DNA of 64,000 nt from Octopus vulgaris (Eukaryota): positions 61,132,001 to 61,196,000 of the forward strand of contig OX597820.1 in NCBI GenBank assembly GCA_951406725.2. The letters run 5' to 3'. A program made the translations under genes and the position numbers. Each line of letters starts with the position of its first letter. Within the stretch, counting starts at the first letter, position 1. Positions 13,297 to 25,428 of the stretch are shown here, in pieces. The notes beneath the pieces were generated by a model. The model was not told the DNA's origin, ran no database searches, and worked only from the letters and a program-made list of their open reading frames with translations.

Positions 13297-13430
13297 ATAA
13301 ATATTAGGGATAAATCCAAATTTACGGAAAAATCAGATTTAAGATTCTTTTATAGTAAAATATTATATAATATCAAATCTATTATGCAAATCAAACAAAG
13401 ATCTTTGTTTGATTTGCAAATCCTAATTTG

Positions 13431-13470
<40 letters not shown>

Positions 13471-13632
13471 TACGATGGGCTTCTTTCAGTTTCCGTCTAC
13501 AAATCCACTCACAAGGCTTTGGTCCCTGAGGCTATAGTAGAAGACACTTTCCCAAGGTGCCACACAGTGTTACTGAACCCGGAACCATGTGGTTGGTAAG
13601 CAAACTACTTACCACAGAGCCACTCCTGTGCC
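13046..13632 (-). mobile_element. SINE family A copy with an insertion (13290-13440) inside its (TA)n
   Basis: Family A head and tail flank a foreign AT-rich segment containing a 34-bp perfect palindrome. Confidence 0.8.
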
Positions 13633-13659
13633 TATATATATATATATATATATATATAT

Positions 13660-13990
13660 CATCATCATCATCATCATCATCATCATATAACGTCTGTTGT
13701 CCATGCTGGCATGGGTTGGACGGTTTGACCAGCGCTGGTAAGCTGAGGGGTTGCACCAAACTTTAGTCTGAGTTGGCAAAGTTTCTACAACTGGATGCCC
13801 TTCCTAACATTAACCACTCTGAGTATAATAGGTTTTTTTTATGTGCCATCAGTAAGGGTGCCAGTTTGCATGACACCAGTATCTGCCACAACTATGATTT
13901 CATTTGGCTTGATGGGCCTTCTTGTCAAGCATGGCATATTGCCAAAGATCTTGGTCATTTGTCATTGCCTCTGTGAGGACCAATGCTCAA
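13660..13990 (-). mobile_element. Retroposon family C (RTE-like 3' tail ending in (GAT)n)
   Basis: Minus strand TTAGGAAGGGCATCCAG...AACCCATGCCAGCATGG...ACGTTA(GAT)n. Copies lie at 15250-15725, 29735-29955, 30270-30625 and 36720-36930. Confidence 0.7.
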
Positions 13991-14015
13991 AAGGTGGTTT
14001 ATATATATATATATA

Positions 14016-14408
14016 CTAGCAGTATCGCCCAGCGTTGCTCGGATTTGTAAGGGAAGTAACTATATAAGCATTTTTAGAGATGTAAAGTATAATAGCCATC
14101 TCAATATGGTTAACCACATAGGGGGGTGTTACTGTAGCTTTTTTACGTTCTGAGATTTAATAATAAATTTTTAGAGAGTTACTTCCCTTATATATGCCAA
14201 AAATGCATTAAAAATGGGGAAAATTGATGGTAAATTTTTTTTTAAATCGTAGACTCATCGTAGATGCGCACTAATACCCAGAAGGGCTCGATATGAATCA
14301 CGACTATAAGATATCTGGTTTTGGTTCAACTGCACTGCAAAATGTGGGAGTAGTTAGGAATCTAAATCGTAGGAGACAGACAGCACACAACCTCACTTTT
14401 ATATATAA
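14016..14408 (-). mobile_element. Non-autonomous Helitron, same terminus family as 881-1166
   Basis: Plus-strand CTAGCAGTATCGCCCAGCGTTGCTCGG terminus, inserted in (TA)n. Confidence 0.75.
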
Positions 14409-14417
14409 AAATATAAT

Positions 14418-14690
14418 TAAAATGGGACAAGAATGCAAAACATCCAAACAGTTAGGTGATACAAAAATGGGACAACAAAACATTCAGATAGATGATACAA
14501 AGAAAACAAGGACGAGTCATTCAAAGTTTTCTTTCTTCAGTCAAGTATCAGACTACCTTCGCAATTTCAGTTGATTATACTTGAGATTGCTCCAATCTGG
14601 CCAGCCCCAAGGAAAAACTAAGCTAAGAGCATTAGATTCCTTGGAAGAAAGCAGTGAATGTATACAAAAACAAGGATGGAAAAAATTTAA
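14418..14690. repeat. Dispersed repeat, about 270 bp, second copy at 54328-54615
   Basis: Shared AAAATGGGACAAGAA...GAGATTGCTCCAATCTGGCCAGCCCC...GAGCATTAGATTCCTTGGAAGAAAGCAG. Confidence 0.85.
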
Positions 14691-14817
14691 TAAGAAGATA
14701 TGTTAACTTCATGAAGGAATGGTTTTATCCAAGGAAATACTGGTTCAATACCTAGTACTTTGGAGCAATTAATTTTCTTAAAATAACAGGTATATATAAA
14801 GCATGTAGTTTATATCC

Positions 14818-15192
14818 ATTTAAGAGAAGAAAAGAAAATGGAGATTAGGAAGTCAATAATTGTTTATTATTAACAATAAACTGGTCATCCTCACTTCTTA
14901 CTAGCATTTCATTTAATACTCAATAATTTAATTTTATTAAAAATTTGTACATTAAATTTACATTTATGTGACATGAGTATAAACTTCATCAGTGGAAAAA
15001 AGATATAACTTTGGATGATGAATTTATACTTGTGTCACATAAATGTAAATTTAATGTAGAAATTTGTAATTAAATTAATTGAATTATTGAGAATTAATTG
15101 AAACAGCTGTAACAAGTGAAGATGATGAATTTATTGTTAATCATAAACAATTATTAACTTCCTTATCCCCATTTTCTTTTCTCCTTTTAAAT
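14818..15192. repeat. Fold-back palindrome, about 170-bp arms, with hammerhead-like motifs
   Basis: The arms are reverse complements. CTGATGA is on the minus strand at 14986-14992 and GAAACAGCTGTA on the plus strand at 15100-15111. Confidence 0.85.
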
Positions 15193-15249
15193 ATACATAT
15201 ATATCATTCAATACTAATAATCAACTTCTAATTGTTACATGTTGCTTGA

Positions 15250-15725
15250 TGACTGGCATTCATGCTAATGAAGTGCTAGGAGTGCCATCCGAGCGTGATC
15301 GTTACCAGAGCAGCTAACTGGCTTCCATACCGGTGGCACGCAAGAGGCACAATTTGAGCGTGATCGTTAGTAGTGTTGCCTTACTGGCACTTGTACCGGT
15401 GGTATGTGCAAAAATATTCAAGCAAGGTCATTGCTAGTGCCACTGGACTGGCTTCTGTGCAGGTGGCACATAAAAAGCACCATTTGAGAGTGGCTGTTGC
15501 CAGTGCCACCTGACTGGCTCTCGTGCCGGTGGCATGTAAAAGCACCCACTACACTCTCAGAAAGGTTGGCATTAGGAAGGGCATCCAACTGTAGAAACTC
15601 TGCCAGATCAAGATTGGAGCCTGGTGCAGCCATCTGCTTCGCCAGTCCTCAGTCAAATCATCAAACCCATGCTTGCATAGAAAGCAGACATTAAACGATG
15701 ATGATGATGATGATGATGATGATGC
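15250..15725 (+). mobile_element. Retroposon family C copy with internal GGTGGCAC(G/A)TAAAAGCACC subrepeats and (GAT)n tail
   Basis: Tandem subrepeats followed by the conserved 3' tail and (GAT)n. Confidence 0.75.
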
Positions 15726-16309
15726 TGTTGTTCTGTTTCTTCTCTTACCTCATCTGAATATATTAAACCACAGTTTGCCCTTAAATTACCAACTACTGTT
15801 AAGCTTACAGCAAGGCCTATACATAGTTAGGTAATGCACCAGCAGTACCTATGGATAAATTTATCCCTTAGACGGTTGCATAACCTCTAACTCATAATTT
15901 ATATATATATATATACATAACAATTTAGCTAGGTGTAAAATACACCTAAAAGATATCAAATATCCGAAGAATTTACTGGTTTATATTACATATATCAATA
16001 ATAATGTTATTCCAACTGGTAAATAAAAAAAAAACATACAGTTTATTAATATATAGATTTAAATCAGAAATGGAAAACGAAGCAATAAATTGAACAATTA
16101 TAAATTCAATTCAATTTAAATATTTTATACAAACAAATGATACATCTCATCTATATCATTAATAAAATGAAGTTTTTCAAGAATAATCAGATCTGTTTAA
16201 ATATGTAATCATGCTTCATCAGATAGACAAATCTGCTTAAATATTTGACAAAAAGTATCAAACTAAAATATTTGTAATTCCTAAATCTTTATGAAAACGC
16301 TATATAAGA

Positions 16310-16630
16310 GTGAGTTTACATTATTTACATTATTTGCATTTGACAGATATTTGTCCTCATTTTGTTTGTTGTTAACACAATGTTTCGGCTGATATACCCT
16401 CCAGCCTTCTTCAGGTGTCTTGGGGAAATTTCGAACCTGGGTTCTCATTCCTAAGGTATTTTTTGATATTATTATAATTATTGTTATTCTTCAGGTCCCT
16501 GCTTGGAAACGAACTCTGAATCTTGGGATTAGTAGCCTGCACTCTTAACCACTACACCATATGCCTGTGGGCATATGGCATAGTGGTTAATAATGTAAAC
16601 AATGTACATAATTCCTCAAATCTTAAATAT
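16310..16630 (-). mobile_element. tRNA-headed hammerhead-bearing short retroposon, copy 1
   Basis: Minus strand: head GGCATATGGTGTAGTGGTTAAGAGTGCAGGCTACTAATCCCAAGATTCAGAGTTCGTTTCC, then a hammerhead at 16374-16419. Homologous to both arms of 51071-51464. Confidence 0.8.
16374..16419 (-). ncRNA. Minimal type-I hammerhead ribozyme motif
   Basis: GACAC-CUGAAGA-A-GGCUG-GAGGGUAUAU-CAGCC-GAAA-CA-UU-GUGUU. Stems I and II pair and the core is canonical. Confidence 0.75.
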
Positions 16631-17148
16631 GAAGCAGAGTAAGCTTAATCATAAATAAGTAAATAATCTAACTGAAATTTTGTAAATTCATAAATTTAAA
16701 TCTATAACTATTCCGTTCTATAACCGATTTATTTGCACAATACACATACTCATGCATACACATATTTATATATACTTATATATAACACATACACCTATTG
16801 TTTGTTTGTATAGAATATTTGAATTGAATTTATAATTGTTCAATTTATTGTTTTGTTTTCCATTTCTGATTTATATATAGATATATCTTTTATCTTTTAC
16901 TGGTTTCAGCCCAGGGCTGAGGTCATGCTGGTACAAATTACTTATAAGGATTCCTTAAGAATCAATGCACTGCAACATACAAGATGCCAGAAAATGGCTA
17001 GGTACAAAAGACACAGAGCTCCTTGTACAATAAAACAATATTGTAGGCTTCAAGTGGTTGCAGAATTCCATATATGTGCAAGTACCAAATCCAATTTGTA
17101 ACCATCAATCCGACTCACCGGTGGATTCTCAGTGTGGCATAGATATAA

Positions 17149-17368
17149 AATAGTATATTTAAAATTTATGCCAGCTGTTTGGGTAGAATTTTATTTAATG
17201 TAGTCATAAAATATTACATCATAATATACAATCCACCATCATCAGATAAAATCTTAGCTGTTTAAAAGTTTACCTGATGATGGTGGTTTGTATATTAGGA
17301 TGTAATTTTTTACAGCTAAATTAAATAAAATTCTATCCAAATAGCTGTCATAAATTTCAAAAACTATT
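17149..17368. repeat. Fold-back palindrome with degenerate hammerhead motif in each arm
   Basis: The arms are reverse complementary. Plus strand CTGATGA (17274-17280)...CCAAATAGCTGTC. Minus strand TTTAT-CTGATGA...CCCAAACAGCTGGC-ATAAA. Confidence 0.85.
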
Positions 17369-19219
17369 CTTGTTTACTACTTGACATGCATGTATACATG
17401 CATGTATACACTCATACAAGTTAATTAGCATGTCATTGAATTGGCTCCAGAAGAAAATCCATCGCAGGAATTTCAGTTAACTCAGGGCACATAAGACCCT
17501 TCAGCTCTATAGTTGCTCATCTAAGAGAAAGCAATTCCATACAAATTCTGCATCCTGATGACTACTGAATGCATGGCACTTTTTGCACCAGACCAATACT
17601 AGTTTGAAGGATGAGAGAGTGGGACTGGTCCTGCACAAGCTGTACCCACTATAATATTTATTGTGCAGGTTGTTCAGCAAACCAAGATGCCAGCATCTCA
17701 CTTCCTTCACTTATCTAGTGACAACAGGGAAGAGGTAACAAGAACAGGTAGAGGATTCTAGTGGATGTCTTCAGTTATCATCCTGTACACAGACAAGTAC
17801 AAGGTGATGGTCATTTTCCACAGTCCTACACTGTCCAACTGTGTCTTGCTGAACCCTCAATTGTCAAAGCAACAAGAGAGTCTTTCATGTTTTGCGGCAA
17901 TACAATTTACCAGAAGTTTTCGACTCAGTACCCAGTTTCACAGTCCACTCCTATATTCTTGCTGTATTATAACCATATTCTCCAGAAAAGAACAGACTAG
18001 ATAATGAAAATAATTTAACATGTACATTTGATGTAGTTATGTAATATGACCATTATGTAACATTCACATCAGTCAACATTTCAAAATATAAAGTTGTATA
18101 AAAATTTGCCATATAAATAGCAGCCCTCTGGACAGTGTAACAAAATCTGCTAAAAAGCAAAGAAGAGGGGATAAAAGAGAGAAAAAAGATAAGGAAAGAA
18201 AGAGGAAGGGAGAGAAAAAGGTTTTCCATTAAGGTATAACTTTAAACATACTAAGATGAGTAGAATAACAAGGCATGTTAACAGAGAATTAAAAATAATT
18301 TAAAGTAAATATAGATAAGAACTACAAAATATAAGATTAAATAAAATAAAATAATGTAATATAAGATCAGATGAGGCAAAGGATAGAGATAAAAAGTATA
18401 CTGTGGAATGATGTGAAATGAGATTTTGAAAGATATAATTTAGAAAATATTTATTTAGGATATAATATAATGAAATCCACATTAATGTGTAAGCAACAAA
18501 GTTAAGAAGTAACTATTCAATGTATAAGTCTGAGAGAGTCTGATGAGGGAAAAAAAAGTATTTTATACTAGGAATATTTAGTGTGAAAGATGTCTATGTG
18601 AGCAGTTGTACTTGGTAGAGGTAACCTAAATATGTTGAATTCACTGGCTCAAGAATGAAACTTGCTTAGGAAGTTCAAACTCAGGTTCAAAATATTTTAC
18701 AAAAAAGGTTTTGTTACTAAAAAAATTTTTTTTTGTTCTTTGTTTTTTGAGAAAAACCTAACTTCAAGCTACCTTTTACAGATCAATCTTTACACAATGT
18801 TTTCTAAATCTGAGAAAGAAGGGGTGCAAATTTTGATTTTGCAACCTAAGAAGTTTTAGACTGTGTACATGCACCTCCTGTTCTTGGGCCAATAGTTGTC
18901 AGAAACAAAGTAATTTGATCTTTAATCATGTTAATGTTTTGGGTTAGATGTCCAATGGATTAAATGTTGTGTAGGAGATGCTGTGAGTCTGAGAAAAACA
19001 ATAGCCAGAAAAGCTTCTCAAAACATCAAATATAGATTAAAGGACATAAATTTTAAAGTATTAAATATAAAATATACAGGCATTAATAAGAGCATCTAGC
19101 CATAGAAACCATGCCAAAGCTGACACAGAGCACAATGCAGCCCAAGGCTTGCCACACCCTGCCATACCACCCAACCCATGTCTGCATGGAAAATAAATGT
19201 TAAATGGTGATGATGATGT

Positions 19220-19695
19220 CACCCTGACAATTCCATGCATGACAGTTCAGTGCTGACAATTAAGTGCACATGCCAATTAAATGCAAGGACAATTCAGCAC
19301 ATCTATTCCATTTCAAAGTTTTCTATCTAAATGATAGCAAAATCTATTTAATAAAATGTGCTCGTGCTCTTTCTCTGATAAAATCCACTCCATAGGGCTT
19401 GTTTTTTTTTATTTTTAAATTAGTAAGATGTTTGTAACCAACTGGAATCCTAAAAAGGAAAAAAAATACCATCCTAGGTTTCCAAGATAACAGTAATGAA
19501 ATGGTATATTTGTATAAATAGAAAAAGGGTTTTGGAGGCTATCTGAAACATTACCACTTATTCATGAAGTTAAACAATTTAGAAAATTTCAAAATGAAAT
19601 AAATAAAATTTCATATGCACATAAATGCAATGCACTGAAGTGTCACATGTGGAATTGTCAGTGTTGAATTATCAGGCACAGAATTGTTAGTTCAC
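19220..19695. mobile_element. Degenerate MITE-like element with inverted subterminal GACAATTC repeats
   Basis: Several GACAATT(C) units at 19225-19300 are mirrored by GAATTGTC-like units at 19630-19690. Confidence 0.45.
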
Positions 19696-19975
19696 TTTGA
19701 TATATATGTTGTTGAGGTCATAAGAATTTCTTAACTTTCAACAGAACATGAAATAATTCTATTTTTGGAATAGTGAGTCTCAAAGCAGATGATAAGGCTG
19801 ATAAAGATGATAGTGTGTGTGTGTATGTATATATATATATATATATATGGTTAAAAATCCCTTTGGACAGAAAAGTTTGAAAGCTTTGACTTTTTCTATC
19901 CACTTTCACACTATACACTATTATTTATAGTTTTATCTTCTGCTTCAAGATCCAAAAGATATATATATATATATA

Positions 19976-20208
19976 GTAGTTTTAGAGACAGAACCATCTT
20001 CAACTCAATCAAGACTGAAAGATTTTATACCCGACCACTCCATAAAATGTTAAATATCAAATCTTATACTAACTATATCTATTATGAATCCCGTATTCAG
20101 AATAGATATAGTTAGTATAAGATTTAATATTTAACATTTTATTGAGTGGTCGGGTATAAGATCTTTCAGTGTTGATTGAGTTGAAGATGGTTCTGTCTCT
20201 AAAACTAC
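19976..20208. repeat. Near-perfect fold-back palindrome, about 110-bp arms, within (TA)n
   Basis: GTAGTTTTAGAGACAGAACCATCTTCAACTCAATCAA... pairs with ...TTGATTGAGTTGAAGATGGTTCTGTCTCTAAAACTAC. The loop is about 5 nt near 20092. Confidence 0.92.
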
Positions 20209-20307
20209 GTTTATATATATACGAATTAAACATTGAGAGATGTTCATTTTAGTACATCTAATTTGAATGTCTTTTTCCTGTGTATTCGGAAGTAATATTC
20301 CCTAATA

Positions 20308-20362
<55 letters not shown>

Positions 20363-20743
20363 TATAATGAATTTGCTTGCAATATTTCATAAAAATATAT
20401 CTAACTAGTGTTCATTTTCAAAGGAATCGGGAGAAATGGTATTTTTCTGGGAAATGTGTGGAAGCTGGTGAAGAAAGAGCAACTAGTGATGGAAAGTTTG
20501 CCTTAAATTTCGGCTGACCCATTTAACCATGAAAAAGCACATATTGGGAAGATGATGGTGGTGGTGGTCTACACTATCTAAGCTACCCACATAACAAATC
20601 AATGTACACAATATGAGTATCATATGTAATGAACAGAGTCTGCAACATGACAATAGTATTTTTATCCAGTTGGACACTTTCATCATGTTTTTTTAATTAT
20701 GATTTTTTTGTCAAAGTTCTTTTATTTATAAATAATCATTATG

Positions 20744-20781
<38 letters not shown>

Positions 20782-20783
20782 TA

Positions 20784-20824
<41 letters not shown>

Positions 20825-21120
20825 TATACAGATATATTACTGATATCATAAGAATTTTGAAATTTCAAGAGAACATAAAATAATGTTGCCTTCAACATTT
20901 TCTATCAAAAGGTTTTAACTCAATATATACTTGCTATTATTTATAGCTTTATCTGCTTCATATTTCATCATTCACAAAAAGAATATATATACATATATAT
21001 ATAGTGTTAATCCAAACATGAAAGCACAAAAATAATACAACAACGCGAGGACGTGGAACAAATATAGTATTATTGGACGCTCAGGAAAGAAGGAAAGAAG
21101 GAGGGTTTAACGTTTCGAGC

Positions 21121-21775
21121 ACATGGTGAGGTCGATCACCATAAGAAATAGGAGAGGGGATATAATGAACCCTTGCTGTACACTGGTCTCAATCACAAAG
21201 TAGTTGGTGTAGCCCATCTCCATTCAAACATAGCATCTGGACTCACGGTAAAGGCTCCAAAAGGCATCAATGAAACATTCAGGAATGCCAAAGTCATGAG
21301 CAATGCACCAAAAATTCTGGTGTATGCTGTCAAATGCCTTCACAAAATCAATGAAAACGATTGTTTGCTGTGCTGATATTCCAGGCTTTGTTCAATAATG
21401 TAGTGCAATGTGAAGATTTGTTCATTGCATGACCATCCATATCAAAAACCAGCTTGTTCTTCTCAGAGCCTCTCATCCACCACCCGTTGCAGCCATCTTA
21501 AGAGGACGATGCTGAAGACCTTTCTGGGGACAGATAGAAGTATAATCCCTCTCCAATTATTGCAATCTGCGAGGTTTCCTTTCTTTGCTGAGCTTGACGA
21601 TTACCCCCCACCCGTTTCCAATTCTCTGGGACCCTGACTGTCATCCAGCATACATTTAGGAGGGCCATAGATGCTCAACAACAGAATGACCATGTTTCAG
21701 CAATTCTGTCATTACCATATCCAGTCTCGGCACCTTATTGTTCTTCAGAAGCCGTATCACTATCCTCCTCTTCAT
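21121..21775 (-). mobile_element. RTE-clade LINE reverse transcriptase fragment (decayed)
   Basis: Minus-strand translation 'KKGNLADCNNWRGIILLSVPRKVFS', 'EEQAGF', 'VFIDFVKAFDSI' and 'VQQGFIISPLLFLMVID', with stops and frameshifts. Confidence 0.85.
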
Positions 21776-22337
21776 ATGTATATATGTATATATATATAAA
21801 AAATACATATAAAACAATTTGTAAAAGCATTTATCAATTCGTTTTGCAAGTTTCCTCATGTAAAATCGTTTGTTGTACCCTCGGATGGTCATTTTTTTTT
21901 CCAAATAAACACACACACTATATATTTTTTTCTTCACTCGTTTATTACTATTCTTATCTTATTATTATAACTTATGTCCATTGTCCAGAAATCTTTTGTC
22001 ACACAGCTGTGACCTCTTCAGTGGCACGTTTCATTTTCATGTGTGTTCTTGCTCCACTTACTCTTCCTGTTCATCTAAGATATGTATCCTTATGTGTGCA
22101 TGTGTGTGTGTGTGTGTGTGTGTGCTTGTGCGTATCATAGGTTTTAGCTTAACAGTAAAAATATGCATGTTCTAAAATTTCAGAGGTTTTGTAAAGTTCA
22201 ACATATCAAACTCAGAATTTTTGTAGTCCAATTACCAGCAATGTTGCTTTTGTTTCTTTGACAGAAATTAATTCCTTCCTTGTAGGAAAAATTCAGATAA
22301 TTCAAGTTATGCATAGTCATACAAAATATATTTTTTT

Positions 22338-22561
22338 CTTTTATTGCTTTAACTGTTTCAGTCATTTGACTGTGGCCATGTTGGAGCACTGCCTTGAAGG
22401 GTTTTAGTCAAAGAAATCAACTCCCAGGACTTATTCTTTGTAAGCCTAGTACTTGTTCTATCATTCTCTCTTGCCAAACCACTAAGTTATGGAAGCATAA
22501 ACACACCAGCATCAGTTGTCAAGTGATGGCAGGGAGATAAACACAGACACACACACACACA

Positions 22562-22598
<37 letters not shown>

Positions 22599-22771
22599 CA
22601 CACACACACACACACGACAGGCTTCTTTTTCAGTTTCTGTCTACCACATCCACTCACTTTGTCATCCTTAGGCTATAGTAGGAGACACTTGCCCAAGGTG
22701 CCATGCAATGGGACTGAGCCTGGAAACATGTGGTTGGGAAGCAAGCTTCTTATCACGCAACCATGCCTGTA

Positions 22772-22773
<2 letters not shown>
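22338..22773 (-). mobile_element. SINE family A copy
   Basis: Full head-to-tail match to family A. Confidence 0.8.
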
Positions 22774-22812
<39 letters not shown>

Positions 22813-23757
22813 CCTTGTTTTATTTGTCCTGTACTCTATTTTTTTGTTGTTTAAGAAAAATGTCCAGTTCCTTGGGTTTGTGTCTATGTTTTCGCTTCTC
22901 ATTGTGTTCGACGTTTTTTTAGTGTCCTATACTCATATATGCGTGTATATATACATGTAGAGGTAGGTACATACATATATGTATATATATATGCATGTGT
23001 TTTATTTATTAATATATTATATATATATATATATATATACATACAGAGAGAGAGAGAGAGAGAGAGGCACAATGACCCAGTGGTTAGGGCAGTGGACTCG
23101 CAGTCATAGGGTCATGGCTTTGATTCTCAGACTAGGCGTTGTGAGTAGTGCCAGGTGCCATGCAGTGGAACTGAACCCGAAACCATGTACTTGAGAAGCA
23201 AGCTTCTTACTACACAGCCACTCCTGTGCCTATGTGTGTGTATGTATATATATATATATATATGTATATGAACACATTAATATATCTGCACACAAGCACA
23301 CCCACATACATTTATAATCAACATCATCATTGGCACCACCACTATCATCACAATTTATTCTAATGTTTGTTTGTTTGTTTTTTCCCATTTCATGATGGAT
23401 TGGCTGAGTTTTCAATACAGTGTATCTTTTGTTATTTCTATGTTATCTAATCTATGAGACCAAACATTCTCAGATTCCACTCTATTTAAAACTTCCAAAA
23501 TCTTCCTCATTCCACACCTGCTTTGGATGAGAAATCTCTGATCTACATCTGCTCTTTCTTTTATATTACTTGACAATGCCTTTTCAAGTGAAAATTTGTT
23601 ATCCATTCACATTACAGGGTCATATAAACATTGGAAACAATTGTCTCTCAACTACATACATCTCTTGACTACATATATTCTATATCATCTATTTGCACCC
23701 CAGTTTCAGTGGCCTTTTTTTGTTTTATGTTTCTTTGCTTCTAATAAATATTATATT

Positions 23758-24333
23758 CTCTTTTACTTGTTTCAGTCATTTGACTGCAGCTAGGACTTAT
23801 TCTTTGTAAACCTAGTACTTATTCCATCAGTCTCTTTTGCCGAACTGCTAAGTTACAGGGGCTTAAACACACCAACATCAGTTAAGTGATGGTGGGGGGT
23901 ACAATCACAGACACACAAATACACACACATACATATATATACATACATACATATGTACGACAGGCTTCTTTTAGGTTCCATCTACCAAATCCACTCGTAA
24001 GGTTTTGGTCAACCCAAGGCTATAGAAGAAGACACTTGCCCATGGTGCCATGCGGTTGGGAAGCTTCTTAGCACACGGCCATATTGTGAATAATCTCTTG
24101 GTACTTTCATAATTGCAGACAAGTTCAAGCATCCAATTATTAGCATTATCTTATTATCATAGTCATTAGGTGTAGGAGTGGCTGTGTGGTAAGTAGCTTG
24201 CTTACCAACCACATGGTTCTGGATTTAGCCCCACTGTGTGGCACCTTGGACAAGTGTCTTCTACTATAGCTTCAGGCTGACCAAAACCTTGCAAGTCGAT
24301 TTGGTAGATGGAAAGTGAAAGAAGCCTGTCATA

Positions 24334-24398
<65 letters not shown>

Positions 24399-24620
24399 AT
24401 ATAAGTTTGTGTGTCTGTGTTTGTCCCCCCATCATCGCTTGACGACCAATGCTTGTGTGTTTACGTCCCCGTAACTTAGCGGTTTGGCAAAAGAGATCGA
24501 TAGAATAAGTACTAGGCTTACAAAGAATAAGTCCTGGGGTCGATTTGCTTGACTAAAAGGCGGTGCTCCGGCATGGCCGAAGTCAAATGACTGAAACAAG
24601 TAAAAGAGTAAAAGAGAGTA
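23758..24620. mobile_element. Two SINE family A copies head-to-head (23758-24080 minus, 24169-24620 plus)
   Basis: Opposite orientations, about 90 bp apart. Confidence 0.8.
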
Positions 24621-24637
24621 TAGTCATTATTATTATT

Positions 24638-25290
24638 AAGGCAGTAAGCTAGTAGAATCGTTAGCATGTTCAGCAATATGCTTAGTAGCATTTCATCCAT
24701 TTTTACATTCTATTCTGAGTTCAAATTCTGCCAAGGTCAGCTTTGCCTTTCATCCTTTTGGGGTCAATAAAATAAGTACCAATTGAGTACTAGGGGTCAA
24801 TGTGATTGACTTACATCACTCCTTCAAAATTGCTGACCTTGTACCATAATTTTAAATCTTTATTATAATTATTATCATTATTATTATCAAGGCAGCAAGC
24901 TAGCTGATCCATTAGCACACTGGACGAAATGTTTAGTGGCATTTCGTCCATCACTCATTTATGATTCAAATTCCAATGAGGTCAGCTATGCCTTTCGTCT
25001 TTTCAGGGTCGATAAAATAAGTACCTGTCAAACACTGGGGGTCGATGTAATTGACTCATCTCCTGCCCCAAAATTGCTGCCCTTGTGGCAAAATTTGAAA
25101 CCATTATTATCACTACTATGGTGGTGAGCTGGCAGAATTGTTACCACACTGGACAAAATGCTTAACTGTATTTCATCCATCTTTACATTCTGGGTTCAAA
25201 TACTGCCAAGTGAAACACTGGGGTCAATGAAATAAACTAGTCCCCTCCCCCAAAATTTCAGGCCCTGTGTCTTTATTAGAAAAGATTATT
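24638..25290 (+). mobile_element. Three tandem SINE family B copies separated by (TTA)n tails
   Basis: Family B heads near 24638, 24890 and 25121. Confidence 0.75.
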
Positions 25291-25428
25291 ATTATTATTG
25301 AGTAAGAGAGCAGTGCATGCCATCAAAGTGACACTGGGGTAAAATATACGGAGCCCAGTATACCCATCAGGACTACCTGTCTGATAAGGGTACACTAGTC
25401 ACATGCATCACAACCATATGTGCGCGAC

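Noticed and set aside
16495-16565. Functional tRNA gene
   Set aside because: It has A and B boxes but poor acceptor and anticodon stem pairing, and it runs straight into a repeat body. The same applies to the SINE heads at 1203, 43963 and 54787.
17460-18000. Second Penelope RT remnant ('IILYTDKYKVMVI' resembling 'ILPADKG..V')
   Set aside because: A single weak motif, too decayed to call without TBLASTN.
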